IMG/VR virus record: IMGVR_UViG_3300037755_001058
Coordinates: 1 to 64,000 of that record
Source of the DNA: a virus
DNA: 64,000 bases
Direction: 5' to 3' (one strand)
This document shows, piece after piece, positions 43,968 through 53,603 of the stretch. The stretch's first letter is position 1. Each line of letters begins with the position of its first letter. Made by a program: the position numbers and the translations under genes. The notes beneath the pieces were generated by a model, which searched no databases, had not been told where the DNA came from, and saw only the letters and a list, made by a program, of their open reading frames with translations.

Positions 43968-44611
43968 GAATAGCTCTCATCGGAGCATCAGGTACTGGCA
44001 AGACCACGCTGGCAACCCACATCTCCACCACGTTCGGGATTCCCATGAACCCACACGGTTCCAGGTCCACAGCCGCCGCCATGGGTTTCGGTAGCCCGTA
44101 CGACGTGGATAGGGCATCGAAGCAGGCGTACAAGGCAGCCCTCATGGAGGGGTACGACCCCAAGTCGGCTGCACAAATCTCCATGATAGATTGGGCCACC
44201 TACGGCCGTGGTGGTACGGTACGACCGCTGTTCCAGACCGGTCTTCAGAAGACGAAGATAGAATGGGAACGTGCCAACCTCCCCTTCGTCACGGATAGAA
44301 CCACTATCGACGACCTGTGCTACGCCCTGCTACACTGCGTCGAGGTCGTGAACTATGAGTTTCTAGAGGCGGCTCGTGCGCACATGGCCATCTACGATCT
44401 GGTGGTGTACTGTCCCGCCTACGCATTCATCAACCTGGGTGACGACCCTGCGAGGCTGTCCAGTCGAGCGTACCATACCACATTCGACATCATGCTGTCT
44501 GGGTTCATGCACTCGTGGGACATCATGCGAAATGCGTTGGTGCTGGACACTTCAGACCTGAACTGGCGGTGTGAGGCTACTGAACTGGCTGTACGTGCCA
44601 TCGCGTCCTGA
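43964..44611 (+). CDS. P-loop nucleotide kinase (AAA_28-like)
   Basis: IALIGASGTGKTTLA, FVTDRTTID. Confidence 0.8.
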   Translation: MRIALIGASGTGKTTLATHISTTFGIPMNPHGSRSTAAAMGFGSPYDVDRASKQAYKAALMEGYDPKSAAQISMIDWATYGRGGTVRPLFQTGLQKTKIEWERANLPFVTDRTTIDDLCYALLHCVEVVNYEFLEAARAHMAIYDLVVYCPAYAFINLGDDPARLSSRAYHTTFDIMLSGFMHSWDIMRNALVLDTSDLNWRCEATELAVRAIAS

Positions 44612-44644
44612 GCGGAATAGCGAAGTAACCCCGCTGATACCATA

Positions 44645-44677
44645 TTGACACCATACGACGTGTTGATGTGGTATAGA
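44645..44677 (+). promoter_or_regulatory. promoter-like region
   Basis: TTGACA (44645) and TGgTATAGA (44669-44677); spacing is non-canonical. Confidence 0.45.
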
Positions 44678-44730
44678 TGTGAGAAGCTCACCATACCCCC
44701 CCTCTCCACCACAAGACAGAGAAACGAACC

Positions 44731-45480
44731 ATGGCTACCAAAAACGAGATGAGGGACGAAATCTGTCGGGCGGAGCCCGACAACGTGGTAGCCACCAACA
44801 AGAAGGCATCGCACGCGGAGCTCAAGGCAGAGCTCTCAAAAATTCATGACCGACTCAACTCCGTGGCAGATCGTCCTGCTCCTGTCGAGCCCGTGTCTGT
44901 GGCACTGCACTTCCGGATCGATGGCGAGAACGTCACCTGGAAGTACGCAGATGCAGACGGCAACATGTCTGTCCTGAAGGTCGGCGAATCGATGCCAGGT
45001 ATCGGTCACACCGTACTTCTCGATGATGGAAGGCCGGCGACCATCACGAGTCGGTCCGGTGGCCTGCCCATCACCGCAGGAGACCTCGTCACCATCGAGG
45101 TGTTCGACCCACGACGAGTGTACGAGACCCCGAACAGAACCAAGGTGGTCTTCAAGCGTGCGGATCGAGGCAGAACGGTGCTATGGTCCTACACCGCTCA
45201 GGGTGAGATCGCGATCGGAGGCCATGTGGTGCTATCGCGCACAGACAGCACCGCCAAGCCGACATCCCAGCGAAAGAAGCGGATGAGCCAAAAGGCGTTG
45301 GCAGCCTGGCTCATCGCCAACGATCCGACCATCACCGGCAAAGAGCTGACGGCGGCGATTCGCGATGCGTTCCCGTCCAGTAACGTCAGTGACCGACACG
45401 GCCCCCACTACCTCTCGTTGTCGCGACACGGTAGGCTCCCGGAGCCTACCGACGATGATCCAAGGACCTGGGAGGAATGA
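44731..45480 (+). CDS. putative DNA-binding protein, paralogue of 8123-8719
   Basis: C-terminal SQKALAAWL...ELTAAIRDAFPSSNVSDRHGPHYLSLSRHGRLP. Confidence 0.75.
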   Translation: MATKNEMRDEICRAEPDNVVATNKKASHAELKAELSKIHDRLNSVADRPAPVEPVSVALHFRIDGENVTWKYADADGNMSVLKVGESMPGIGHTVLLDDGRPATITSRSGGLPITAGDLVTIEVFDPRRVYETPNRTKVVFKRADRGRTVLWSYTAQGEIAIGGHVVLSRTDSTAKPTSQRKKRMSQKALAAWLIANDPTITGKELTAAIRDAFPSSNVSDRHGPHYLSLSRHGRLPEPTDDDPRTWEE

Positions 45481-45560
45481 CGAAACCCACTTTTAATTGG
45501 CACGGGGAGGTTGGCTAAACTACCTGGACTATACCACCACACCAACCAGGAGAGTGGCGC

Positions 45561-46673
45561 ATGGATAGCAGCATGACGATGGAAGATCTCGCTCGTACCG
45601 TGGAGGCCCTCCCTCAGCCTACCGATGTCCCGGTGTCCCTCGATTGGGACTGGGACATCGACGACGACTTCCGTATCCGCTTCGGCGGGCGAATCGCCCC
45701 TGCTCTGGCCATGTACCAGGGCAAGAGCATGTTCGACGCCAAGGTCGATCTCACCGGAACGCGGTGCCTTCAGCTCGAGGCCCGTTGGGCCAAGGTCCAG
45801 AACGTCGACGCCGCAACACTGGCCAAAGCGGAGCGTGCCGCTGTGGCCCTTCGCCATCAGGTGGCGAGTCTGAACGCTGCCATGGCCGCCACGGATGACA
45901 TCGACGCCACCGCCCGAACCTACATCGACGAGTCCGGCAACGAAGTGGTCGGAGGCCTGGTGAGCCGTCGGTACGCTCCGATCAGCCACCTTCGCCTCGT
46001 CGAGCTGATGATGGACAACGTCCAGTTCGACTCGGCAGTCGTTCAGAAGGCTCGGGTGAGCCCTTCCAGGCTCGACGCTGTCATCATGCTCGATGGGTCG
46101 AGCTGGAAGGTCGACGGGGGGATCAAGAGCGGGATGCGGTTCCGCAACGGCCAGTTCGGCGACTACTCCTACGGGTGGGAGGGCATGCTGTTCTGGTTGC
46201 TCTGTACGAACGGGATGATGGACGTCGTGGCCTCCGAGGAGATGCTGCACCGTCACGTGAAGCGGGAGGGGATCGATCTCGGCGCAGACCTCGCCGCGGC
46301 AATGCAGCGTGGCGACGAGATGTTCGACCGTAGCCGATTGGCTACCGAGGTCAAGATCGACGTTCCCCACCTGATGGTGGAGCTGTTCCGTCGTGGATTC
46401 TTGACCAGGGGCTCGCTGCGCGAGACTGCCAAGCAGCTCGAGTCCATGGGCGGAGTGGCTGGCCACCAGCGCGACTCGACGCTCTGGGGTGCCAGCCAGG
46501 TCGTCACCGCCGCAGCCCGGAAGTACAGCTTCGGCCAGTACGACTCCATGGGACGCCTCGCTGGGCGTCTCGTGTTCAAGGGTGTCGACCCGGTACTCGC
46601 CAGCAAGCCTCTTCCGAACGACGCCCCGAACTCCGATGAGATCTACGAGGAGTTCTTCGCGGCAGCCGCGTGA
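45561..46673 (+). CDS. DUF932-family protein
   Basis: VSRRYAPISH, LLCTNGM, STLWG..QVVT motifs. Confidence 0.7.
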   Translation: MDSSMTMEDLARTVEALPQPTDVPVSLDWDWDIDDDFRIRFGGRIAPALAMYQGKSMFDAKVDLTGTRCLQLEARWAKVQNVDAATLAKAERAAVALRHQVASLNAAMAATDDIDATARTYIDESGNEVVGGLVSRRYAPISHLRLVELMMDNVQFDSAVVQKARVSPSRLDAVIMLDGSSWKVDGGIKSGMRFRNGQFGDYSYGWEGMLFWLLCTNGMMDVVASEEMLHRHVKREGIDLGADLAAAMQRGDEMFDRSRLATEVKIDVPHLMVELFRRGFLTRGSLRETAKQLESMGGVAGHQRDSTLWGASQVVTAAARKYSFGQYDSMGRLAGRLVFKGVDPVLASKPLPNDAPNSDEIYEEFFAAAA

Positions 46674-46709
46674 TATCCCCAGCAGGGGGCCATCCACCAC
46701 ACCAACACT

Positions 46710-46752
46710 CACTTCCGCTTACCCCTAGGATGGTCCTAGGGTAGCGGAAGTG
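46710..46752. terminator. long imperfect hairpin (terminator or RNase III-type site)
   Basis: CACTTCCGCT-TACCCCTAGGA-TGG-TCCTAGGG-TAGCGGAAGTG; no poly-T tail. Confidence 0.5.
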
Positions 46753-46811
46753 GCTATCGAAGAGGGACACATGACCAACTATGCGGAAGACGTCCGAGCC
46801 TGGATGCCCCT

Positions 46812-49466
46812 GTGACGGCGGGCCGCGCGTTCCATACCGATAGTCGCACGTGGAGCAACTTCCAGCCGAACGAACTGGTCAAGCTCTGCGGCGTCCCGAT
46901 GGGCCGGTGGCCCGTGTACGTCGTCAAGGAGCTCCTCGACAACGCCGTGGCGGCGCTTGAGGAACACGCTCTTCGGGTGCCGATGATTCGTGTGACGGTG
47001 ACCAAGGACTACGTTGAGGTCATGGACAACGGTCCTGGCATCTCAGACGTCGTTCTCGAGAAGGTCCTGGACTTCGAGCGGTTCGGTGGTAGCAACCGTC
47101 ATCACAAGCTGCCAACCAGGGGGGCCCAAGGCAACGCGATCATGACCATCGTCGGGATCGCCTCCGCCTGGGCACCGGACCGAAGCATCGAGGTCTCGCG
47201 GCCCTCTGGACCCCGAGTCGCACTGGATGTGAAGCTCGACAAGGTCCTGCAAGAGGTCAAGGTCGAGACCATCACTGTAGGCGAGCCAGGGCCGTCTGCC
47301 ATCAGGGTGCCGTGGCCGGTCGAGGTCCCGTGGAAGCGGGGTGGCTCTTCGTTCGAGGATGTTGTCTCCACGATCAGAGACTTCTCCTGGATGAACCCCC
47401 ACGTACAGTTCATGATGACGGACTCCACTGGGAAGTCCACGGCGACCAGGTCGGTCCTGATGGAGCCCGGGGCCACAGCCGCAATGCGCGGATCGTTCTC
47501 ATGTGGTGCCGCATCCTGGTTCACCAGAGACGAGTTCTACGAGAGGATGGCTGCAGACGTTCGTGCCAGACCCGACATCATGATGTCGGACTGGTGCAAG
47601 GAGTTTGCCTTCTCGAAGGTGGGCCCGGCCGTGCTGTCCCTCTCCGGAGAGCCCGATGGGACGCTGTCCGCCAAGGTAACGGTGGACAGCGGGCACAAGG
47701 TGTCGTCATTCCTTCAGGGCCTCGTCCTCGGATGCAGCAACCTGAAGCTGGCGGAGAATCCACAGTTCGTACCGCTGGGCAAGGATCGGATGGCAGGGTT
47801 TCTGACCTCGGAGCGTGGGTCAGATCGTGACTGTGATGCCCAGTACCATTCGCTCACCGGGTCATTCGGCGACGGCGATACCAAGGTCCCATTCCTGGTG
47901 GAGGTCTGCCTTCAGCAGATGCCTGACAGGGTCAGGTACTCGCCAGAGCCAACACTGGCGATGAACCGTACCGTGCTGTACGGCTCTCCGTCGTTCCGGC
48001 GGAAGGACGGCTTCCAGTGGCGCGAGAAGGTCCGTGGCAACTGGCATGGCCTGGATGGGGACTTGGGGGCCCTGGCCAGGGCGTACCAAATCGACCACGG
48101 GAAGACGCCGGCGGCTATCCTGGTCCATGTGACCTGTCCATCGCCGGGGTACGCCGGCTATGGCAAGCAGCAGTTCGACACCTCATGGCTGGCCGGACCA
48201 CTCAGCCAGTGCTTCGAGCGCGTGACGCTCGAGGTCAGGAGACAGCGGGCTGGAGAGGCTCGACGTAAGAACGCGAACCGCCCGAAACGGGATACCATCC
48301 GTGAGGAGATGTTCCGACTCGTTCCAGGTGTACTGGACGAGGTCACCGATAGCGGAAAGTACGAGCCGCTCATCAGGCAGTTCTACTACTCCTTCAGGAA
48401 GGAGTGGTACACTCAGGACGATCGAGAGCTTCACTACGGAACGTTCTGTGCGTACGTCGACGAGTACGAGCGCAGCATCGGAAGGTTGGTCTGTCTGAGA
48501 GACCCCCGTGGAACCCTGTACGAGCCACATAGCAACAAGGTGGTCCGCCTCGGTACGAGCGATGTGCGGGACTACAAGCCGAAGAAGTGGGAGGGCCACA
48601 CCATCATCTTCGTCGAGAAGGAGAACCTCGCCTCTCAGATGAGGGCGATGAACATCCACAAGCGGTGGGATGCCATCATCGTCGGGTCCAAGGGGTTCGC
48701 CGTCGAGGCCATCCGGGAGGTACTCCAAAAGTACCGACGGCTGCTCGGAGATCTGGTGAAGATCGTCGTCCTGCACGACGCCGACCCGGCAGGGTACATG
48801 ATCGGATACGATCTGGCCACCAACCTCCCGAGGTTCGGTGATACGGTCGACGTCCAGGTCATCGACGTCGGTCTCACGATCAGAGATGCTGTCACCATGG
48901 GGCTTCAGGACGAACCATTCGACCTGTCCAAGCAGGTCTGGTCGATGATCACGAAGACCATGATGACCAAGACCCTCAAGGACCCTGACGGAACCACTCG
49001 GCCCCTGCTAGAACCGGAGGCGCGTGACTCCTTCGTTCCGAGCATCTGGCAGGGCGCCGAGTATCCATCCTGGGCTGACAAGCCTCGCGGTCGACGAGTG
49101 GAGCTCAACGCGATGCCTCCACGAGAATTCGAGGCTTGGGTCGAAAGGAATCTGGAGATACATGGCTGCAGGAAGGTCAGGCCACCGGATGAGGTCGTGA
49201 GCGAGCAGATGGTGAACGCTCGAACGAACGCCATCACGAACCAGACCGGCGAACTGTTCATGCGCCTGATGGGTCAGGAAGTGGTTGATGAGGTGCTGCG
49301 CGAGATCGGCGTGCCATCGTACGATCTGGACTCTGTTCTGGAGAGCCGGCCTGAACAGCACTGGCACTACCTGGTCACCAGAGCTGCCCAGTCCGGACAG
49401 GACATCGGCCAGGCAGTGGAACGGGTGATGAAGCGGCGGTTCCCCCAAATGTTCGGAGGTGGGTGA
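46812..49466 (+). CDS. single-chain type IIB topoisomerase (TopoVI-B GHKL fused to TopoVI-A/Spo11; Topo VIII-like)
   Basis: VKELLDNA, DNGPGI, TRGAQGNA (GHKL); IRQFYY (catalytic Tyr), IFVEKE, SKGF, LHDADPAG, VELNAM (TOPRIM). Confidence 0.85.
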   Translation: MTAGRAFHTDSRTWSNFQPNELVKLCGVPMGRWPVYVVKELLDNAVAALEEHALRVPMIRVTVTKDYVEVMDNGPGISDVVLEKVLDFERFGGSNRHHKLPTRGAQGNAIMTIVGIASAWAPDRSIEVSRPSGPRVALDVKLDKVLQEVKVETITVGEPGPSAIRVPWPVEVPWKRGGSSFEDVVSTIRDFSWMNPHVQFMMTDSTGKSTATRSVLMEPGATAAMRGSFSCGAASWFTRDEFYERMAADVRARPDIMMSDWCKEFAFSKVGPAVLSLSGEPDGTLSAKVTVDSGHKVSSFLQGLVLGCSNLKLAENPQFVPLGKDRMAGFLTSERGSDRDCDAQYHSLTGSFGDGDTKVPFLVEVCLQQMPDRVRYSPEPTLAMNRTVLYGSPSFRRKDGFQWREKVRGNWHGLDGDLGALARAYQIDHGKTPAAILVHVTCPSPGYAGYGKQQFDTSWLAGPLSQCFERVTLEVRRQRAGEARRKNANRPKRDTIREEMFRLVPGVLDEVTDSGKYEPLIRQFYYSFRKEWYTQDDRELHYGTFCAYVDEYERSIGRLVCLRDPRGTLYEPHSNKVVRLGTSDVRDYKPKKWEGHTIIFVEKENLASQMRAMNIHKRWDAIIVGSKGFAVEAIREVLQKYRRLLGDLVKIVVLHDADPAGYMIGYDLATNLPRFGDTVDVQVIDVGLTIRDAVTMGLQDEPFDLSKQVWSMITKTMMTKTLKDPDGTTRPLLEPEARDSFVPSIWQGAEYPSWADKPRGRRVELNAMPPREFEAWVERNLEIHGCRKVRPPDEVVSEQMVNARTNAITNQTGELFMRLMGQEVVDEVLREIGVPSYDLDSVLESRPEQHWHYLVTRAAQSGQDIGQAVERVMKRRFPQMFGGG

Positions 49467-49837
49467 TGGAACCCTGCGACGGTTGCGGTGCCACCGGCAC
49501 CTACGACTCTGAGCTCCCAGGATACCGCATCAAGGTCTGCAACTGTGAGACCGTCAGGAGCGTGGTCCAACACCCGCAGCGTCCCATGCCCCCGAAGAGG
49601 TGGGCCAACCGTCGGGGCAAGCTCAACGGGCTCGTGGCGCTGCGCCGCGTCCTCGACAGCTCCTGGCTCCGCAGGTATGCCAGGGAGGCCCTCACGGACG
49701 AGGAGCTGCGTCTGGAGATCGAGCGTCGAACCATGGTCGAGGCCAGGGCAGAGTCTGTGCGGAAGGTCGATCGACGGAAGGCAATGGCCAGTTTGGTAAG
49801 GGCAGTCGGTGAGTTCGTCAGGGGAGGTCACGAATGA
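49463..49837 (+). CDS. hypothetical protein
   Basis: Coupled start; CDGC..CNC. Confidence 0.6.
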   Translation: MMEPCDGCGATGTYDSELPGYRIKVCNCETVRSVVQHPQRPMPPKRWANRRGKLNGLVALRRVLDSSWLRRYAREALTDEELRLEIERRTMVEARAESVRKVDRRKAMASLVRAVGEFVRGGHE

Positions 49838-50607
49838 TCATGGATACCCGACTGATGCTTCAGGTGCGAGAGGTACCTAGCATCGATCTGTACGGGCTCT
49901 GGCTGTACATCGAAGCAGCTCTTCCGATGGATGGGTATCGACGTTGGATGATTCCAACTGGTGGGACCCACGGCTTCGATGGGGCCAAGACTTGGCTATC
50001 GATGGTCGATTCATCCACGCGCGACCGAGTGCTCCGACTACTCGCCGACATGAAGGGATTAGAGCCTGAGTGCGGATCTCCTGGGTGGTGCTACTGGGAT
50101 TCCGACTGGTGCGTCGGTGGGCCTGTGAAGGGATGGGTGCTAGGCTTCCGGGCACAGATGCCTGTGTGGTGGTCAGTCCATCATCTTGACCCCAGAGATG
50201 ATACCCGTCTCCAGGATGGTTCTCGCCGTGTGGCGGCGCTGGCTCTGGCCGATGTCGCACGACGCGAGTGTGCGCCATACCAACAAAACCTAGTTCACTC
50301 ACACGGGGAGCGGGCGATGAGCAAGAAGCGAGTGATCCTCATCATCACCGAGGACCCGGACAGCGTCGAGGTTCGGATGGTCAGGCCTGAAACGTTGCTC
50401 CGTGGTCATCGGTACGATGCCGTCATCACCGCCGATACGCTTCCGAGCATCGTCGTGGACGACCTGGGGCCGCCGCGGGAGGTGAGCTCGGCTGATATCG
50501 AGAAGATGAAGCGGTGGTGGGAACGCGACGTGCTACCGGCGCAGCGTCGGTTCGTTCAGGAGTACCAGCAGGAACCGTTCATTCAGAAGGAGGGCGACGA
50601 TGGGTGA
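49834..50607 (+). CDS. hypothetical protein
   Basis: Coupled start; possible internal start at MSKKRV. Confidence 0.55.
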   Translation: MIMDTRLMLQVREVPSIDLYGLWLYIEAALPMDGYRRWMIPTGGTHGFDGAKTWLSMVDSSTRDRVLRLLADMKGLEPECGSPGWCYWDSDWCVGGPVKGWVLGFRAQMPVWWSVHHLDPRDDTRLQDGSRRVAALALADVARRECAPYQQNLVHSHGERAMSKKRVILIITEDPDSVEVRMVRPETLLRGHRYDAVITADTLPSIVVDDLGPPREVSSADIEKMKRWWERDVLPAQRRFVQEYQQEPFIQKEGDDG

Positions 50608-51007
50608 CCACTGCTGGGATCTTCCCTGGGCGGAAGAGGCCAAGTTCGGTGAGCCACCAATGGGCGAATTCAACTGGGCGTTGGACCAGATAGGTCCAGA
50701 ACTCAAGCCTGGAGATTCGCAGATCCTGGGCATTTGCGAAGGACACGGATCTACCGTCTACCTCAAGAGGAAGGACGACGGCACGCTGTGGTTCACCCAT
50801 GGGCGCGTGTTCGTTCCCAATCTGGGAAGTGTCTGCCCCAGGCCAAGGCTGGTGCACAGACCCAAGCGGTGGTTCGACGGTCTCGCACTCTTGCGTGGCC
50901 TCTGGTGTCAGATGAGACGCCACTTCATCGTCATCGAGACGTTCGACATCGACCAGGAGTGCTGGCGGTGCGAGGACTGCGGCATTCATTGGTGGGACCG
51001 GAAATGA
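50600..51007 (+). CDS. hypothetical protein
   Basis: GGAGG RBS; C-terminal CWRCEDC. Confidence 0.6.
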   Translation: MGDHCWDLPWAEEAKFGEPPMGEFNWALDQIGPELKPGDSQILGICEGHGSTVYLKRKDDGTLWFTHGRVFVPNLGSVCPRPRLVHRPKRWFDGLALLRGLWCQMRRHFIVIETFDIDQECWRCEDCGIHWWDRK

Positions 51008-52653
51008 GTACAGAGCCTGACTGGCAGTCCTACATTCCGGAAGTCAGCCTCCGGCCACAACAGTTCGACGCCCTGTCTCAGATCTGGGATGTCCTGTACG
51101 TTCAGGACAGAAGGGTTTGCATCCTCGAGGCACCGACCGGTGTTGGCAAGAGCCTGATCCAGCTTGCACTCTGCAGGCACAACGCCGCGCACGGCAAGAG
51201 ATCGTACATCGTGACACCTCAGAGGGTTCTCCAAGATCAGATGCGGTCCTGGGATGAGGTGGCCGTCATGAAGGGCAAGTCGTCGTATGACTGTAGACTT
51301 GTGGCATCATGTAGCGCCGCCACCGCCCCGTGTACCCTAGACTCGGATGTTCGCAACCAGAATGCTGGCGATTGTTCCGTGGGACGGTGTCCGTACTTCA
51401 CGGCACTGGACACGGCGCAGAACTCCTCGGTAGTGGTTCACAACTACGCCAGCCTTCTGTCTCAGGCACACATCGGCCGTCATTTCACCACGCGCGGTCT
51501 GCTGTGCTTGGACGAGGGTCATACAGCTGTGGACTGGATTCGCAACTACATGACGGTTGAGATGACGCCTGGTGACGTGCGAGAGCTGACGTCGCTATCA
51601 CCACCAGAGAAGATCGAGCTGTTCATGCCGTGGCTTCGCTGGATCCTCTCGAACGTGGACGAGGTACCGAAGGGTCTCAGTGACCAGCTGAAGGTTACAC
51701 TCATGCGTCTGTTGGCTTGGCGTAAGCCGTTCGGTTTGTTGACCAAGCTGCAGCTCGAGGCGATGTTCGAAGAAGACCCCAAGTTCGCCTCGTACGAGGC
51801 CGACGCCAAGAACCGGTTGTTGGACTCCGGTGACGTACCGTTTGCCACGGTATGGAACGAACCGACCAAGTGGCGTGATGAGGGATGGTGGACTACGATA
51901 CCACTTCGGGTGGCCCCCATGGCTGGGGCGCTGACGGAGTTGGGTGACAAGGTGCTCGTAGTGACGGCCACAGTACTCAATCGGCCGCTGCTGGCGGCTG
52001 AATTGGGACTCAACGCCGAAGAAGCCGGCCTTGTGATGATCGATTCCGCCTTCGAACCTGGCAACCGCCCAATCGTTCGAAGGTACAGCGGGAAGATGAG
52101 CCAGCGACACCAGAGGTCGACGTTTCCCAAGCTCATCGACGAGCTCTGTCGGATCGCTGCCCGGCACCACGACGAGCCTGGGATGGTACATACCGTCAGC
52201 CATCGGCTTTCAGCAGAGATCTGCTACGAGCTGAGAAACCGTCTGGGAGGACGAACGGTGGAACAGCTCCCCACCGGTGGCGCTCGAGAGCTGATCATCC
52301 ATAGGTTCCTGTCTGGAGGCCTCGGACCGAATGCCATCCTGGTGGGTCCATCGCTCATCGAAGGGGTAGACGGAGAGGGAGACTCCTGCCGGTGGCAGGC
52401 CATGTGCAAGGTGCCGTGGCCATTCATGGGTGACCCAGTGGTGAAGTACATCAGGTCCAGGCCGGGGCAAACGGCGAAGTCTTGGGCCGAGGCATGGTAC
52501 ACCTGGAAGGCAGCTCAGGCAACGGTCCAGGGCATCGGTAGGGTCTGCCGGACCCCCCACGACTTCGGCACCACGTATCTGCTGGATTCAGGGTTCGACA
52601 CGATCCTGAAGTCCAAGTACGTTCCAGACTACGTCAAGGCAGCCATCACCTGA
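51004..52653 (+). CDS. DinG/XPD-family SF2 helicase
   Basis: LRPQQ, EAPTGVGKS, Cys cluster (FeS-like), LDEGH, TAT, EGVD, KVPWP, QGIGRVCR...YLLD. Confidence 0.9.
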   Translation: MSTEPDWQSYIPEVSLRPQQFDALSQIWDVLYVQDRRVCILEAPTGVGKSLIQLALCRHNAAHGKRSYIVTPQRVLQDQMRSWDEVAVMKGKSSYDCRLVASCSAATAPCTLDSDVRNQNAGDCSVGRCPYFTALDTAQNSSVVVHNYASLLSQAHIGRHFTTRGLLCLDEGHTAVDWIRNYMTVEMTPGDVRELTSLSPPEKIELFMPWLRWILSNVDEVPKGLSDQLKVTLMRLLAWRKPFGLLTKLQLEAMFEEDPKFASYEADAKNRLLDSGDVPFATVWNEPTKWRDEGWWTTIPLRVAPMAGALTELGDKVLVVTATVLNRPLLAAELGLNAEEAGLVMIDSAFEPGNRPIVRRYSGKMSQRHQRSTFPKLIDELCRIAARHHDEPGMVHTVSHRLSAEICYELRNRLGGRTVEQLPTGGARELIIHRFLSGGLGPNAILVGPSLIEGVDGEGDSCRWQAMCKVPWPFMGDPVVKYIRSRPGQTAKSWAEAWYTWKAAQATVQGIGRVCRTPHDFGTTYLLDSGFDTILKSKYVPDYVKAAIT

Positions 52654-52665
52654 AGGAGAACGCGC

Positions 52666-53544
52666 ATGTTCTACATCGACAAGGACACACAACGTGTTCG
52701 ACGGATCGTGACGGTGGAGACCGAAGCTCCAGACTTCATCCACGCTACCGTCGTGGCTGGGTTCCGTGAGATGCGATCCACCGCCGGACGACGCCCTGGA
52801 CCGGAGTGGAGGCCGGACCCCAAGTTTCAGGGGGACTCGAGGAAGTGGCTCTCGTACAAGGCGGTCATCAAGGAGGGGGTGATGATCCGTCGCGAGGATA
52901 TCACTCCAGAGTACCCGAGGGGCGCCGAGAAGTACCAGTTCGGCCGAGAGACTTACGACGGGATCGTCAGGCCCATCGTCAAGAGTGCGATCGATGCACG
53001 TCCTGCGCGTCGTCGGAAGGTCCCGCTGTCGATCCGTGAGGCGGTCGTGGACAACGAGTGCGAGCGCGCCGGGGTACCGAAGCTCGAACCCGAGGAACTC
53101 GAGTCGATCGTCGCTTCCATCCAGAAGGAGATCACCGAGCCCAATGCCGAGAAGCGCGAGAAGGCCCGACGGGCCATCGTGGCGGATGGGAGGACGATCG
53201 TACCGGCTCAGAAGGAGCCCCCTGTGGAGGAGCCCCCTGTGGAGGAGCCCCCTGTGGAGGAGCCCCCTGTGGAGGACAGCGGAAGTGCCGTCGAGAAGCG
53301 CGAGAAGGAGAACTCTCGATGGTCGGACAGTCTCTCGATGGTCGTCAACAACAACGAGGATGGAGACCTCTTCGAAGAGGCGGTGGCCGTGAGAGGATGG
53401 CCGATCCCTCTGGTCGCCGATGCCAAGCGTCGGGTGAAGGGAGCGGCTGGTGTCACTCTCGCCTTCGCGGCGAAGACCAACTACAACCCGGACAAGCACG
53501 GAACCGTGAAGAGCCACGAGATCGAGACTGGTACCAGCGAGTAA
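52666..53544 (+). CDS. hypothetical protein with EEPPV repeats
   Basis: (GAGCCCCCTGTGGAG)x4 at 53215-53274. Confidence 0.75.
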   Translation: MFYIDKDTQRVRRIVTVETEAPDFIHATVVAGFREMRSTAGRRPGPEWRPDPKFQGDSRKWLSYKAVIKEGVMIRREDITPEYPRGAEKYQFGRETYDGIVRPIVKSAIDARPARRRKVPLSIREAVVDNECERAGVPKLEPEELESIVASIQKEITEPNAEKREKARRAIVADGRTIVPAQKEPPVEEPPVEEPPVEEPPVEDSGSAVEKREKENSRWSDSLSMVVNNNEDGDLFEEAVAVRGWPIPLVADAKRRVKGAAGVTLAFAAKTNYNPDKHGTVKSHEIETGTSE

Positions 53545-53603
53545 TCGCGAACCAGCTCTCTGGCACTGATCGATCAACCAGGTTACCCTGAACCTGGGTA
53601 GGT

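Noticed and set aside
46812-49466. Wadjet JetD or MORC-type defence system
   Set aside because: No SMC/kleisin partners; the GHKL motifs are TopoVI-B-like and fused to a WHD-Tyr/TOPRIM module.
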